From the sequence record NC_110934.1: 64,000 nucleotides of DNA. The stretch is one strand, 5' to 3'. Position 1 is the first letter of the stretch. Each line of letters begins with the position of its first letter. This document shows positions 34,000 through 43,177 of this stretch, piece after piece. The DNA is from Klebsiella phage KPP2018. A program made the translations under genes and the position numbers. The notes under the pieces are model-generated. The model saw only the letters and a list, made by a program, of their open reading frames with translations, was not told the origin of the DNA and ran no database searches.

Positions 34000-34040
34000 A
34001 ACCCTGCGCTCTTCAGGGAACGCAGGGCTTACTTCAGATG
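34000..34040 (-). terminator. Rho-independent terminator for convergent SPFH gene (CCCUGCG stem, U-tract on minus strand)
   Basis: aaaaaccctgcgctcttcagggaacgcagggctt; hairpin with poly-U when read on minus strand. Confidence 0.65.
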
Positions 34041-34053
34041 TTACATGCGGGTA

Positions 34054-35001
34054 TTATTTATTACGCATATCCATGATCATTTGACCATCGTAGCCAGTAC
34101 CTACCACAGTCTGGGGTACACCACCTTGATATTTCTGAGCACGAATCATTTCGACTTCCAGTTGCTTCCAGCGAATCATCTCAGGAGTAATGGTACGTTG
34201 TAATGCGGCGTTAGCTTCAGCTTCTTTCTTAGCTGCGTATAGTTTAGCATCTGCGTCACGTTCATTGGCAATAGCTTGGTTGTTGCGGGCTTCACGATCT
34301 GCTTCTGCTTGTTTAACTTTTTGCTGTGCTTCCTGCTCAACACGAGCTAATTCAGCTTTAGCAGCATTAACCTGTTCTTCACGAACTTTGGTATTCTGTA
34401 CCTGTTCCATGATTACCGGTGGCAAAGTAATATCCTGAAGGAACACCTGCTTAACTGTGTAACCATATGGGCGTGCATACTCTTCAACTTCCTGTTGAAT
34501 TGCAGTTTGCAATTGAGCCTGAATTTTAGCATCAAACAAATCTTGTGCTTTAGGTACAGACTTACCAAACTCACGAATAGTAGACAGTAATTTTTCAGTT
34601 ACATATTTGTCTAACGCTTGATCCTGAGTACCTGCATTAATACGGTTAATTGGTGCCTTAGAACCATCAAACTGCAACATAACAGTCAGGTCAACAGTGG
34701 ATTTAAACTTATCCTGACTAGGAACCTGAAGTTTATCTAATTTTAGAGCAATATCTTTAGTACTAAAAGTATCGAAAGAAGCAAAAGGATTTACAATATG
34801 AAAGCCGGGTAATACTGGGCTAGGGTCAACTTTACCCAGGAAAGTCTGGGTTTTAACAGTACCGTCTTGAACAACAGTATAGGAGTTAAGGGCCAGAACT
34901 AAACCTACCAAACCAACTGCAGCACCAATACCCCAACGTTTGATATTACGCATCAATTTTTGCTCATAAGTCAGTTCTTTAGTGTTTTTAGTAGCAAACA
35001 T
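34054..35001 (-). CDS. SPFH/band-7 (HflC/HflK/prohibitin-like) membrane protein
   Basis: N-terminal TM helix, core GFHIVNPF..(cf. HflC GLHFKIPF), long Ala/Gln/Glu coiled-coil tail. Confidence 0.75.
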   Translation of the reverse strand: MFATKNTKELTYEQKLMRNIKRWGIGAAVGLVGLVLALNSYTVVQDGTVKTQTFLGKVDPSPVLPGFHIVNPFASFDTFSTKDIALKLDKLQVPSQDKFKSTVDLTVMLQFDGSKAPINRINAGTQDQALDKYVTEKLLSTIREFGKSVPKAQDLFDAKIQAQLQTAIQQEVEEYARPYGYTVKQVFLQDITLPPVIMEQVQNTKVREEQVNAAKAELARVEQEAQQKVKQAEADREARNNQAIANERDADAKLYAAKKEAEANAALQRTITPEMIRWKQLEVEMIRAQKYQGGVPQTVVGTGYDGQMIMDMRNK

Positions 35002-35035
35002 ATATTTCCTTTGTTTTAGTTACAGTTAATAAAAT

Positions 35036-35110
35036 TGGCCGAGGTGACAGGATTCGAACCTGCATAAAGGAATTTAGAAGACTCCTGCCTCTCCCTTAGA
35101 CTACACCCCG
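35036..35110 (-). tRNA. tRNA-Arg (UCU)
   Basis: Acceptor CGGGGUG/CACCUCG, anticodon stem GGAGU/AUUCC loop CUUCUAA, T-arm GCAGG-UUCGAAU-CCUGU, G-CCA. Confidence 0.75.
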
Positions 35111-35599
35111 TTTAAGTATTTTTAAGAACTCTCGTAAAAACTCTTAAAAATACAGACGATACCGGGAGAGTCATAAGTCTCACTCATTAAGTATTTCAAG
35201 ACAAAATACGGTAACGTCTATTATTTTCCAGTTTAAGTCAGGGTGACTTAGTGGTTATGTCCTGCGGTATATTGAGGACTCGGTTAGGCTTGGGGTCATG
35301 ACTTCCCGCCTTCTGCTGCTACTCAACAGGAGTTATCGCGAATTACCTGTGCTATTGTGCACCATTAGTGACATCTCTCACGTCAGCATTTCCCACTTTG
35401 TGGATAGCTTGAAAAACTACTCCGATATGGAGGAAGAACTTCACTATCCTAGAATACCTTCTAAAGTTCTTCTTTAGCCTGGACATAGTTAAATCGTAAT
35501 AAAACTATTCAGCAGACTGGTTGGTTAGTCTGGAACCAACTACCGCGTGGTTTAGGCAGTGCGCAACTAACCTCGGAAGCTTTTACGTTAAAAGCATCA

Positions 35600-35690
35600 G
35601 TTATCCAGTTCTTACCGACCGTAGGATTCGAACCTACATCTTCCACCAGTTACGGCTTGATAATACCAATTATACTAGGACGGCAGTGTT
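35600..35690 (-). ncRNA. tRNA-like element (T-arm GUAGG-UUCGAAU-CCUAC) without CCA and with poor anticodon arm; probable pseudo-tRNA
   Basis: Motif-level similarity only. Confidence 0.3.
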
Positions 35691-35944
35691 ACTACATAAG
35701 TGATTTCCACACCCCACTATTTATAAATTAGAGAAGAGTTTAGGGGAGAGGTTTCAGACGCCTCATTTTACACGTTCTAGCCACTAACCGGGATTGCCGC
35801 CCCCTGTGTACTAGTTTTACAACTAACCCACCGACTCTATTCAATGCGCTCCGGTTAGGATTCTGCACTCAGCGTAATCGGCTCGCTGTTCCCTAATTTA
35901 TGAATATATTATACAGAATTTAAAGGCATTTAGCAAATAAATTT

Positions 35945-36388
35945 TTAATTAAATTCGCCAGCAATCTGAGCAGCAGTACCACCATCATAACGCCCAGGAA
36001 ATTCTTCCTTAATCGCTTTCATCAGCATACCTTTTGTAATTCCAGGGTTTAGCTTAACTAATTCTGCAAAGTATTTACGAATCTCAGTATCAGATAACTG
36101 AGGAGGCAGATACTCCTGCAACCACTTATTTAGAATGTATTCATACTGAGCGGACTGCAAGCTATAACTATCAAGATCTTGACCATGAAGTTTAGCTTTC
36201 ATCTGGTTAATGCTTTTTAGTTGCGCTTTGAGATAAGACACAAATTGTTCAGAAGTGATGAAATCTTTATCAATACGCTGAAGATCCCCGATTATGGTCT
36301 GATAGCTTTTAGCGACTTCTTTATCAGAACCATTAAACTTAGAATCCTGCAAAGCTCTACGCAAAACATCTAAAATATTCTCTTCCAT
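35945..36388 (-). CDS. GatB/YqeY-domain protein
   Basis: C-terminal ..ITKGMLMKAIKEEFPGRYDGGTAAQIAGE resembles YqeY family. Confidence 0.5.
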   Translation of the reverse strand: MEENILDVLRRALQDSKFNGSDKEVAKSYQTIIGDLQRIDKDFITSEQFVSYLKAQLKSINQMKAKLHGQDLDSYSLQSAQYEYILNKWLQEYLPPQLSDTEIRKYFAELVKLNPGITKGMLMKAIKEEFPGRYDGGTAAQIAGEFN

Positions 36389-36626
36389 TATTTCATTCCT
36401 AACGCTTGGTTAAAAGATTGTTCTGTCATAACTGCTGAGACTTTGGCGAAATCAAACTTTTTAGGGTTAGTAGTAATTTCAGCCACGTTAGATGTTTTAA
36501 CAGTTTTCGTAGTACGAATACCGCGAGTGTTAACACCAATAATTACAACTGATTTCATATTTCACTTCCTCTCATTAATTTATGAAAGTATTATACAGAA
36601 ATTTAAGTAGTTAAGCAAGTAAATTT

Positions 36627-37094
36627 TTAAGTTTTAGTGACAACAGGTTTATAGAACGTATGTCCCTTAATCTTAGTTGTTTTCTTAAATTTCTTTGTCC
36701 AGTAAGGTTTATCTTTACCACTATGGAAGTATAGTGCTCCATGTGTAGGATCTTGTGGTAAATCAACGTAGTATATCACTCTAGCTAAATTCTTAGCGGT
36801 TTGCCAAGCCTCATCAGTTTTATCAACTTTTGGTCTCTTAGATACCCAAGAGAACTGGTTAGACTGATATACTACTTTACAGTAGGAATCTGGGAATTTA
36901 CCGGAGTTTACACGGTTTTTAGTAACATGTGCAATCGCCGTCATTCCCTTTATGCCCTCACCACGACTCTCGAAATAGATATTTTTAGCAATGCAATCTA
37001 TTTCTTTTGCATCGTGCGATGCCTGACTACTAAAGCTGAAGGTAAGGGCAGCTACTAAAAGCAAAGCTGCCTTCATTCTTTTTACTCCTGCCAA
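36627..37094 (-). CDS. secreted cell-wall hydrolase (SleB/CwlJ-like Hydrolase_2 domain)
   Basis: Signal peptide; IAKNIYFESRGEG..GMTAIAHVTKNRV..QFSW motifs. Confidence 0.7.
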   Translation of the reverse strand: MAGVKRMKAALLLVAALTFSFSSQASHDAKEIDCIAKNIYFESRGEGIKGMTAIAHVTKNRVNSGKFPDSYCKVVYQSNQFSWVSKRPKVDKTDEAWQTAKNLARVIYYVDLPQDPTHGALYFHSGKDKPYWTKKFKKTTKIKGHTFYKPVVTKT

Positions 37095-37399
37095 TCATAT
37101 TCAACACGATTGGGATTTTCTTTATACCCTAAGTCAAGCAAATCATTACGCATATTTTGCTTAGCTACTGGGTTCGAGGTTACTAGTACCACTTTCTTTG
37201 GTCTCTGCCCAAATTCTAAGAGTAAACGAAGAATTTGATAACCTTCCATACCATCTACAGCCAAGTCATTATCCATATAAACGAAATGGCCTGTGGTATC
37301 AGTTTTATTCAGAAACTCTACAGCGGCTTCTGGGGTTCGAATGATAATGTCCATTCCGTGAAGATTACGCACATCATCAATCAAAATATGAAAAGTCAT
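37082..37399 (-). CDS. stand-alone CheY-like receiver (REC) domain protein
   Basis: ILIDDV.. then FVYMDNDLAVDGMEGYQILRLL (phospho-acceptor Asp + DGMEG loop), VLVTSNP (conserved Thr/Ser), 105 aa. Confidence 0.55.
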   Translation of the reverse strand: MTFHILIDDVRNLHGMDIIIRTPEAAVEFLNKTDTTGHFVYMDNDLAVDGMEGYQILRLLLEFGQRPKKVVLVTSNPVAKQNMRNDLLDLGYKENPNRVEYDWQE

Positions 37400-37841
37400 A
37401 ATAGCCTCGTTTCATCAATTTAAAAATATATTATACATATAATTTAGTGGATTAGCAAATACATTTTTAAATTGTGAAACTAGTAAACCGATAAACAGCC
37501 TAGAGGCGCCACAGGCCATATCTTATGAGCCATGTACCTTTGATCTAGGGTTTGAATCATCAACGAATACTTTGCATCTTTTAGCTTTAGAAGTTTAGAA
37601 GTTTGAGTTCTTTAAACTTTTCAGCTTTCATACTTAAATGTTGATCTTTGAAGTTGTGTCGGTAATATCAACGACGCTTTGTTCTTACGTGTCAGCTTAA
37701 AAGGCTGGTGTAATAAACATAATCTCCAATAGATTATACTTTATAGTATGGTCAGCGGTCTTATTTAACCTCGTATTTCAACCGCTGCTGCGAGGTAAGA
37801 TGCTTGGGCTTTCGTCTACCGATTTACTAGCTTTTAAATTA

Positions 37842-38480
37842 TTACTCTACTTCAATGAAGGTAGAGGCGTTAGACTCGGACAGAACAAAGTCAACATTTG
37901 TTGCAAAGTCCTGATATTCCTCGTCATGCTGCTTAATCAGCTTCTCCAGTTCCAGCGGATCAATCAAGAATGGAGTATTCTTGAGTTCCAGCAGGTTGAG
38001 CTGCATTTTAACTTCATCTTCGGAAGTTTTCTTATCGCGGGTAGCCATGCTATCCTGTAAACGCTCATATTTAGCATCAAACTGTGCTTTCTGCGTATTA
38101 AATTTAACCGTAGCGGCATGGAACTGCTTACGCATGTTAGCCAGCAGTTGAGCTTTAAGCTCCATAGAACGCTTAGCTTCAATTGCTTCCGCAACAGTCA
38201 TTTTACGAGAACCAATCTCAACGATTGTTTCTGCATTGCTCTTAATCAGAGCAGATTTGATACTATCACGCTTAGACATCATATCCAGCAGAGATTGGAA
38301 ATCAGTCTTAATACGAGTAGACAGGGCATCTACTTCGATTGCAGCGCCAACTACAACCTGGTTTTTATCCTTACCTTCACCAACAGCGATCAGAAGCTGT
38401 TGTTCAGTAGCTTTACGGATTTTAGCTTCCAGAGATTTGATAGTTGCCAGAGCGCGAGTTTTAGAAATACGAGTAGTCAT
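37842..38480 (-). CDS. hypothetical coiled-coil protein (212 aa)
   Basis: ORF track. Confidence 0.6.
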   Translation of the reverse strand: MTTRISKTRALATIKSLEAKIRKATEQQLLIAVGEGKDKNQVVVGAAIEVDALSTRIKTDFQSLLDMMSKRDSIKSALIKSNAETIVEIGSRKMTVAEAIEAKRSMELKAQLLANMRKQFHAATVKFNTQKAQFDAKYERLQDSMATRDKKTSEDEVKMQLNLLELKNTPFLIDPLELEKLIKQHDEEYQDFATNVDFVLSESNASTFIEVE

Positions 38481-38533
38481 TATTTGCTTCCTTATATGAG
38501 GTTTGAGATTTGAATTTGTTTAAATTTGGTCTA

Positions 38534-38716
38534 TTACAGACCAATTGCCAGCAGAGTGCGCAGAACAGTATCGTTACTGTTATCAATTTTAGGATTAGCA
38601 CGATTTAGCAGATCAAAGATTTTCTGGACACCTGATTGACGTTCAGCCATACGACGGATACCCAGATTACGAGTAGCTTTCTTACCATTTTTACGAACAT
38701 TTTTAGATACTGGCAT
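38534..38716 (-). CDS. small basic protein (60 aa)
   Basis: ORF track. Confidence 0.45.
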   Translation of the reverse strand: MPVSKNVRKNGKKATRNLGIRRMAERQSGVQKIFDLLNRANPKIDNSNDTVLRTLLAIGL

Positions 38717-38786
38717 ATTTGTTTTCCTTTTATTGTTTTCTCAAATTTATGAATATATTATACAGAATTTTGGGGCCGGAAGCAAA

Positions 38787-39488
38787 TCAAATTTTCATTT
38801 TTTCGATCATAGCTGCAACACAATAGCTTTCAACTAAGGCATCAAATGCAGGATCATGCTTAACCGGATAGATCCCATAACGAATAGTGTCCATCTTCTC
38901 CATTTTAGCTATTGCCCAGCTAATACCTTCGGTCTCTAGAGCTTTATAACTGTATCCAGCTTGCATCCAGAGATTACGAAGAGATCGAACATTACCCAAA
39001 TTCCAGAATTTCCACGGAACTACCTCTTCATTGGTTCCAGCATGGAACGTGTTTGCAGAGTAGATAGTCATATCAAACTCTGGGCCATTGCCATAATACA
39101 AAGCGTTTTCGCCTAGAGCCAACTCCATAATATTTTGGGCCATAGAGAAGGCAGCATAGTTTGAGCCTAATTTATTAGTGCAATGATGTTTACCATTTTG
39201 GAAGGCAATCAGTTTTGGATTACGTTCCTTCATAGCTTCCATAATGTGGATAGCAGACGGGCTATTTTTAGCTTGATCCATCCAGAATGCTAGAGTAGAT
39301 GCTGTAACTTTAGCACCAGAATTAAGCTGATCTTGTACATCCAAAGTAACAAATACTAGATCAGGGTCTTTATCAATTCCATGCATAGCCACAAAAGCGA
39401 AAGAAGGCATTGCGATATGAGTAGTACCACAATCTCCTGGAGTTCCTAGAGATTCAATATCTAGCATACCAAATGGTTTTACTTTCAT
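38787..39488 (-). CDS. DnaQ-like DEDDh 3'-5' exonuclease
   Basis: Exo I LDIESLG, Exo II ..GPEFD.., Exo III VKHDPAFDAL (H-x4-D). Confidence 0.6.
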   Translation of the reverse strand: MKVKPFGMLDIESLGTPGDCGTTHIAMPSFAFVAMHGIDKDPDLVFVTLDVQDQLNSGAKVTASTLAFWMDQAKNSPSAIHIMEAMKERNPKLIAFQNGKHHCTNKLGSNYAAFSMAQNIMELALGENALYYGNGPEFDMTIYSANTFHAGTNEEVVPWKFWNLGNVRSLRNLWMQAGYSYKALETEGISWAIAKMEKMDTIRYGIYPVKHDPAFDALVESYCVAAMIEKMKI

Positions 39489-39516
39489 AACTTATCCTTT
39501 ATTGTGTAGAAAACTA

Positions 39517-39753
39517 TTAAAGAGCTGTCTCTTTAATAGACTCCCACTTCTTGGGGTCTTTAAAACCAGGAAGCATATCCTCACTGACATCCCAGTTCTC
39601 TTCCATAGAGAAGTCGGGCCATTCATTCCAGCTACCTTCCAGCTCTTCATAACAGCTGTCCATTACCTCATGACTAGAAAGTCGTGTATAATCTCTAGCG
39701 GACTTATGAGTGCTAGCACGGTTAAAATCATTCTTTACTACAAAATTACGCAT
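39517..39753 (-). CDS. hypothetical acidic protein (78 aa)
   Basis: ORF track; followed by hairpin GGGGCGAAAGCCCC. Confidence 0.45.
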   Translation of the reverse strand: MRNFVVKNDFNRASTHKSARDYTRLSSHEVMDSCYEELEGSWNEWPDFSMEENWDVSEDMLPGFKDPKKWESIKETAL

Positions 39754-39794
39754 AGTTTCTCCAAATAAGAGGGGCTTTCGCCCCCTGATTTAAA

Positions 39795-40010
39795 TCACTT
39801 GCCCAGCAGTTTAAGGATATTTTCCATAATAGTTTGGGCAGATTTTTCACTCTTGTTGGTTTCAGCCAACTTTAAAGCGAGTTCTTCCTGCTGTTTCTGA
39901 ATATCCGCAGCAATTTTTTGATCAGCCTCAATACGAGCTTGAAGCTCATCAGTGATAGTGGTAAAGGAAGCAACGATTTCAGTAACAGAACGTGGTTTCT
40001 TAGAAAACAT
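39795..40010 (-). CDS. hypothetical coiled-coil protein (71 aa)
   Basis: ORF track. Confidence 0.45.
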   Translation of the reverse strand: MFSKKPRSVTEIVASFTTITDELQARIEADQKIAADIQKQQEELALKLAETNKSEKSAQTIMENILKLLGK

Positions 40011-40074
40011 AAAAATATCCTTGATTAGTTAGAGAATTAGTAGATTGTAGGGGCTTTCGCCCCCTATTTATCTA

Positions 40075-40590
40075 TTACTTCGCTTTACGCTTGCGAGCTG
40101 GTTTAGCAGATTTACGAGCGGAATCACCCGTGAACTTAATGCCTACACCGTAACACAGAGCACGAACATTATCTTTACTATACTCTACGCCAAAGATATT
40201 TGGTTTAACAGAACCAAACTGTCCACGAGTATCACGCAATACATCTGCTGTTGGTTTACGCTTCTGGTTAACTGCCTTCTCATAGTCTTTCATAGACATA
40301 CCATTACGAGAGAACAATTCAGCCCCAGCGTTGAAGCTCAGGGAAACTGGGACAGATTTGTGGCCGTAATTTTCTACATACATAACCATTTTGTAGGATT
40401 TACGGGTCGCATTTTTAGCCTTAGGCTTCTGACGAATCGGAGCCGGATTATTCAGTGCTTGAGCAGCCTGAGCATCGGTAGGATGCTTACGCAGATGGCG
40501 TTCCAGACGAGCTTTGCGATTAGCCTCGGTCTGCGGGAAAGTTTTAACTGCCGGAGCTGCTTGAGTTTTTGCGTTTTTCTGCTTAGCCAT
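40075..40590 (-). CDS. highly basic protein with Lys/Arg-rich termini (171 aa; possible DNA-binding)
   Basis: ORF track; N- and C-terminal KAK/RKRKAK tracts. Confidence 0.5.
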   Translation of the reverse strand: MAKQKNAKTQAAPAVKTFPQTEANRKARLERHLRKHPTDAQAAQALNNPAPIRQKPKAKNATRKSYKMVMYVENYGHKSVPVSLSFNAGAELFSRNGMSMKDYEKAVNQKRKPTADVLRDTRGQFGSVKPNIFGVEYSKDNVRALCYGVGIKFTGDSARKSAKPARKRKAK

Positions 40591-40665
40591 TATTTGTTTT
40601 CCTTTTTGTTTATCAATTTATGAAGTATATTATACGAGAATTTGAAGCGTTTAGCAAATGAATTT

Positions 40666-41115
40666 TTAATTTATTAACTGTAAGCTTCTTTTAATTTCAG
40701 ACCTTACCTGCATCAAAAGAACTCCTAAAGTATTATCCCCGATGCCTCGGCAAACACCCCAATATGTATCTCCCCAGGTATTTCCTTCGATCAAAGTTGC
40801 ATTTTTTGTTGCTAACAGTTTGTCTCTCAAATCAGGAATTGCAAACTTTAACCGTAAAAGCTCTAGCATTACATCATCTTTTACCTTATCCCAGTCATGG
40901 CGCAGAGTTAATTTACGTCCTCTACGTTTGGCAACTCCTGCGTTTAGAGAGCGTAGTACATGAGCTACATCATCTTTTTGGTCTGATTTCATAGCCTGAA
41001 AAGCATGTTCTACAGTATCAGCATGCCATATTTCATTTAGATATTCGAAAGTAATTGGTGATAAATAAAAGTTTGATAAGAAACTATAAGTACCTTTAAA
41101 TTCAGTAATCTTCAT
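40666..41115 (-). CDS. NADAR (YbiA/DUF1768) domain protein
   Basis: N-terminal FKGTYSFLSNFY and ..GNTWGDTYWGVC.. match NADAR family signatures. Confidence 0.65.
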   Translation of the reverse strand: MKITEFKGTYSFLSNFYLSPITFEYLNEIWHADTVEHAFQAMKSDQKDDVAHVLRSLNAGVAKRRGRKLTLRHDWDKVKDDVMLELLRLKFAIPDLRDKLLATKNATLIEGNTWGDTYWGVCRGIGDNTLGVLLMQVRSEIKRSLQLIN

Positions 41116-41396
41116 TTTTTACGCCCCGCATCTTTAGCCTCCTCGGCTGTATAGATATACTGATAAGCCCCTTTGGAGTAGGCTGGAGCAGTACACATTT
41201 TCTTACGCTCAATCTCTTCTTGAGCTTTTCTTTCGCGTTCAGCTAATTCTTCGTCCAGATAAACTAAACGTTGTTCTGGAGGAGGTGGAAGTCGTGTCTC
41301 TGGCTCACCAATATTAGCCTTTCTTATTTGACGAGGTGATTGTGCACGTTTTCTCAATGGTTTAAATCCTAATGAATTTGAGTTATAAATCCACAT
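41112..41396 (-). CDS. hypothetical protein (94 aa)
   Basis: ORF track. Confidence 0.5.
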   Translation of the reverse strand: MWIYNSNSLGFKPLRKRAQSPRQIRKANIGEPETRLPPPPEQRLVYLDEELAERERKAQEEIERKKMCTAPAYSKGAYQYIYTAEEAKDAGRKK

Positions 41397-41472
41397 AAAG
41401 CCCTCCTCACTTTCAATACGAATATTATACTAAATTAGAGGGCTTTAAGCAAGAAAATTTTTAATTTATTTA

Positions 41473-41961
41473 TTACATCTCAGCCATTTCAGCTTCAGTA
41501 ATAACAGTATTACACAATGCATCTACAGCTTCATTACCACTAATACCAGAATGTCCTTTAACCTTAATAAAGGTAGGATTAGTATTATGAAAGTTGATAT
41601 ACTGCTGTGTTAATTTAAATGCTTCCTGCCAAAGTTCTAGATTAAGAGGAACTTCACCATCTGCTTTCTTCCAGCCTTTCCTTTGCCAAGAAAACATCCA
41701 ACTTTCCATGCCGTTTTTGCAATAAGCAGAGTCAGTATAGATAGCAATTGGTCTATTATCTTTTTTAACGGACCAACGTAGAGCTTCTACAATAGCTGTG
41801 AGTTCCATCTCATTATTTGTAGTTTTAGGATTATAACCAGATTTAGAACCTAAACGATCGTCGTTATCATCATAGACAATAAAACCCCAAGCACCTGGAC
41901 CTGGGTTAGACTTACAAGCACCATCTGTGTAAATGTGGAAAACCGATATTATACCTCCCAA
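41473..41961 (-). CDS. rnhA: ribonuclease HI
   Basis: HIYTDGACKSNPGPGAWGF..NNEMELTAIVEAL..YTDS..KGHSGISGNEAVD motifs (DEDD catalytic residues). Confidence 0.85.
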   Translation of the reverse strand: MGGIISVFHIYTDGACKSNPGPGAWGFIVYDDNDDRLGSKSGYNPKTTNNEMELTAIVEALRWSVKKDNRPIAIYTDSAYCKNGMESWMFSWQRKGWKKADGEVPLNLELWQEAFKLTQQYINFHNTNPTFIKVKGHSGISGNEAVDALCNTVITEAEMAEM

Positions 41962-42230
41962 CTAATTTTAAGACCCATGTCTACAAAGGCAGCTTCTCGG
42001 TAGTATTGAGAGATATGATACCCCTTATCCGATAAGGTTTTTAGTACCGATTTAGCTGCTCCTGGCATTTCTCTAGGATTATATAGCCACCTAGCGTAAG
42101 GATTATCTCGAATAATTACTTCTGTATTTCCAGACTTAGCAGCTTCTACAATCTTTTCTTCTATAAACTTTAGAAGTGCGGGTACTTCTGTTAATCCTGC
42201 AAGTTCTTGAGCTTCTTTGGCTGAAATCAT
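41949..42230 (-). CDS. hypothetical protein (93 aa)
   Basis: ORF track. Confidence 0.5.
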   Translation of the reverse strand: MISAKEAQELAGLTEVPALLKFIEEKIVEAAKSGNTEVIIRDNPYARWLYNPREMPGAAKSVLKTLSDKGYHISQYYREAAFVDMGLKISWEV

Positions 42231-42323
42231 TATATACCTCCAATTTATAAAATATATTATATTTAAATTTCACTAAATAAGCAAATGAAATTTGAATATA
42301 ATAGCCCCGAAGGGCTATTTAAA

Positions 42324-43177
42324 TTACACAGTGAATGGATATGCAATAGCAGGGTGGTGTTCGTAACCACGAACAGTAAAATCATCCTTACTTACCCAGG
42401 TCAATACATCCTCCAGAGTTTGGATATTTGGATTGATTTCTAGAGTAGGAGGTGCAAAAGGTTCACGATCGAATTGCTTATGCTCCATCAAAACATTATA
42501 CTGATCCTCATAGATATGAAGATTGATAATCTTCTGGCGTGCAATTCCTGGTTTAAGGCCTGTAATCTGTGCCATTAATGCTAGAAGCGTATAGCACTGA
42601 ACCATGTTAAATACTTGGCCTAACAGGAAGTCATTAGATCTCTGGAAAGAGTTCAGGTATAATGTATCTCCCAAAATAGAGAACTGATGGGTGTGCATAC
42701 ATGGACGTAAGCAACCCTTTGAGAACTCTCCCGGATTCCAGAAGGTTAGAATTTCCCCCGATCATCAATGCCCTTCTTCAGATTATGATAAATCTTGGCT
42801 AGTTGGTCAAACATAAGACCATCGGAATTAGTCCACTGACGTCCTTGAACACCATAGACTCGTCCCATATCATCCTCACCTTTACGGTATGGATTGTCTA
42901 GCCAAGCTAAGTTTTCATTTGCATTAGCATTCCATGTGTTAACACCAATAGCGCGGAATTGTGCTGCTGAGTCATACCCACGTAGATACCCAATCATTTC
43001 CATTATTGCTTGTTTTGCAAACGCCTTACGGGTAGTAATAAGGGGAAATTCACCTGCACCTACGTTAAAAGTAAAATCTGCGTCAATAATAGTGAGGCAA
43101 CGAACCCCTGTTCTAGGATTCGTTACCCACTGACCCTCTGATAGAATACGTTTTCCAACTTCGATATACTGATCCAT
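42324..43177 (-). pseudogene. thyA: thymidylate synthase ThyA interrupted by a frameshift (N-terminal part 42746-43177, C-terminal part 42324-42760 in the -1 frame)
   Basis: N-ORF ends ..DDRGKF*; other frame continues ..[31 protein letters not shown] (ThyA AWNP..PCH..QFYV core); shift at a C5/G5 run 42755-42759. Confidence 0.8.

Noticed and set aside
42698-42760. Intron (T4 td-like group I) or intein interrupting thyA
   Set aside because: The two ThyA halves abut with only a 1-nt frame offset at a homopolymer. There is no inserted sequence that could be an intron or intein.
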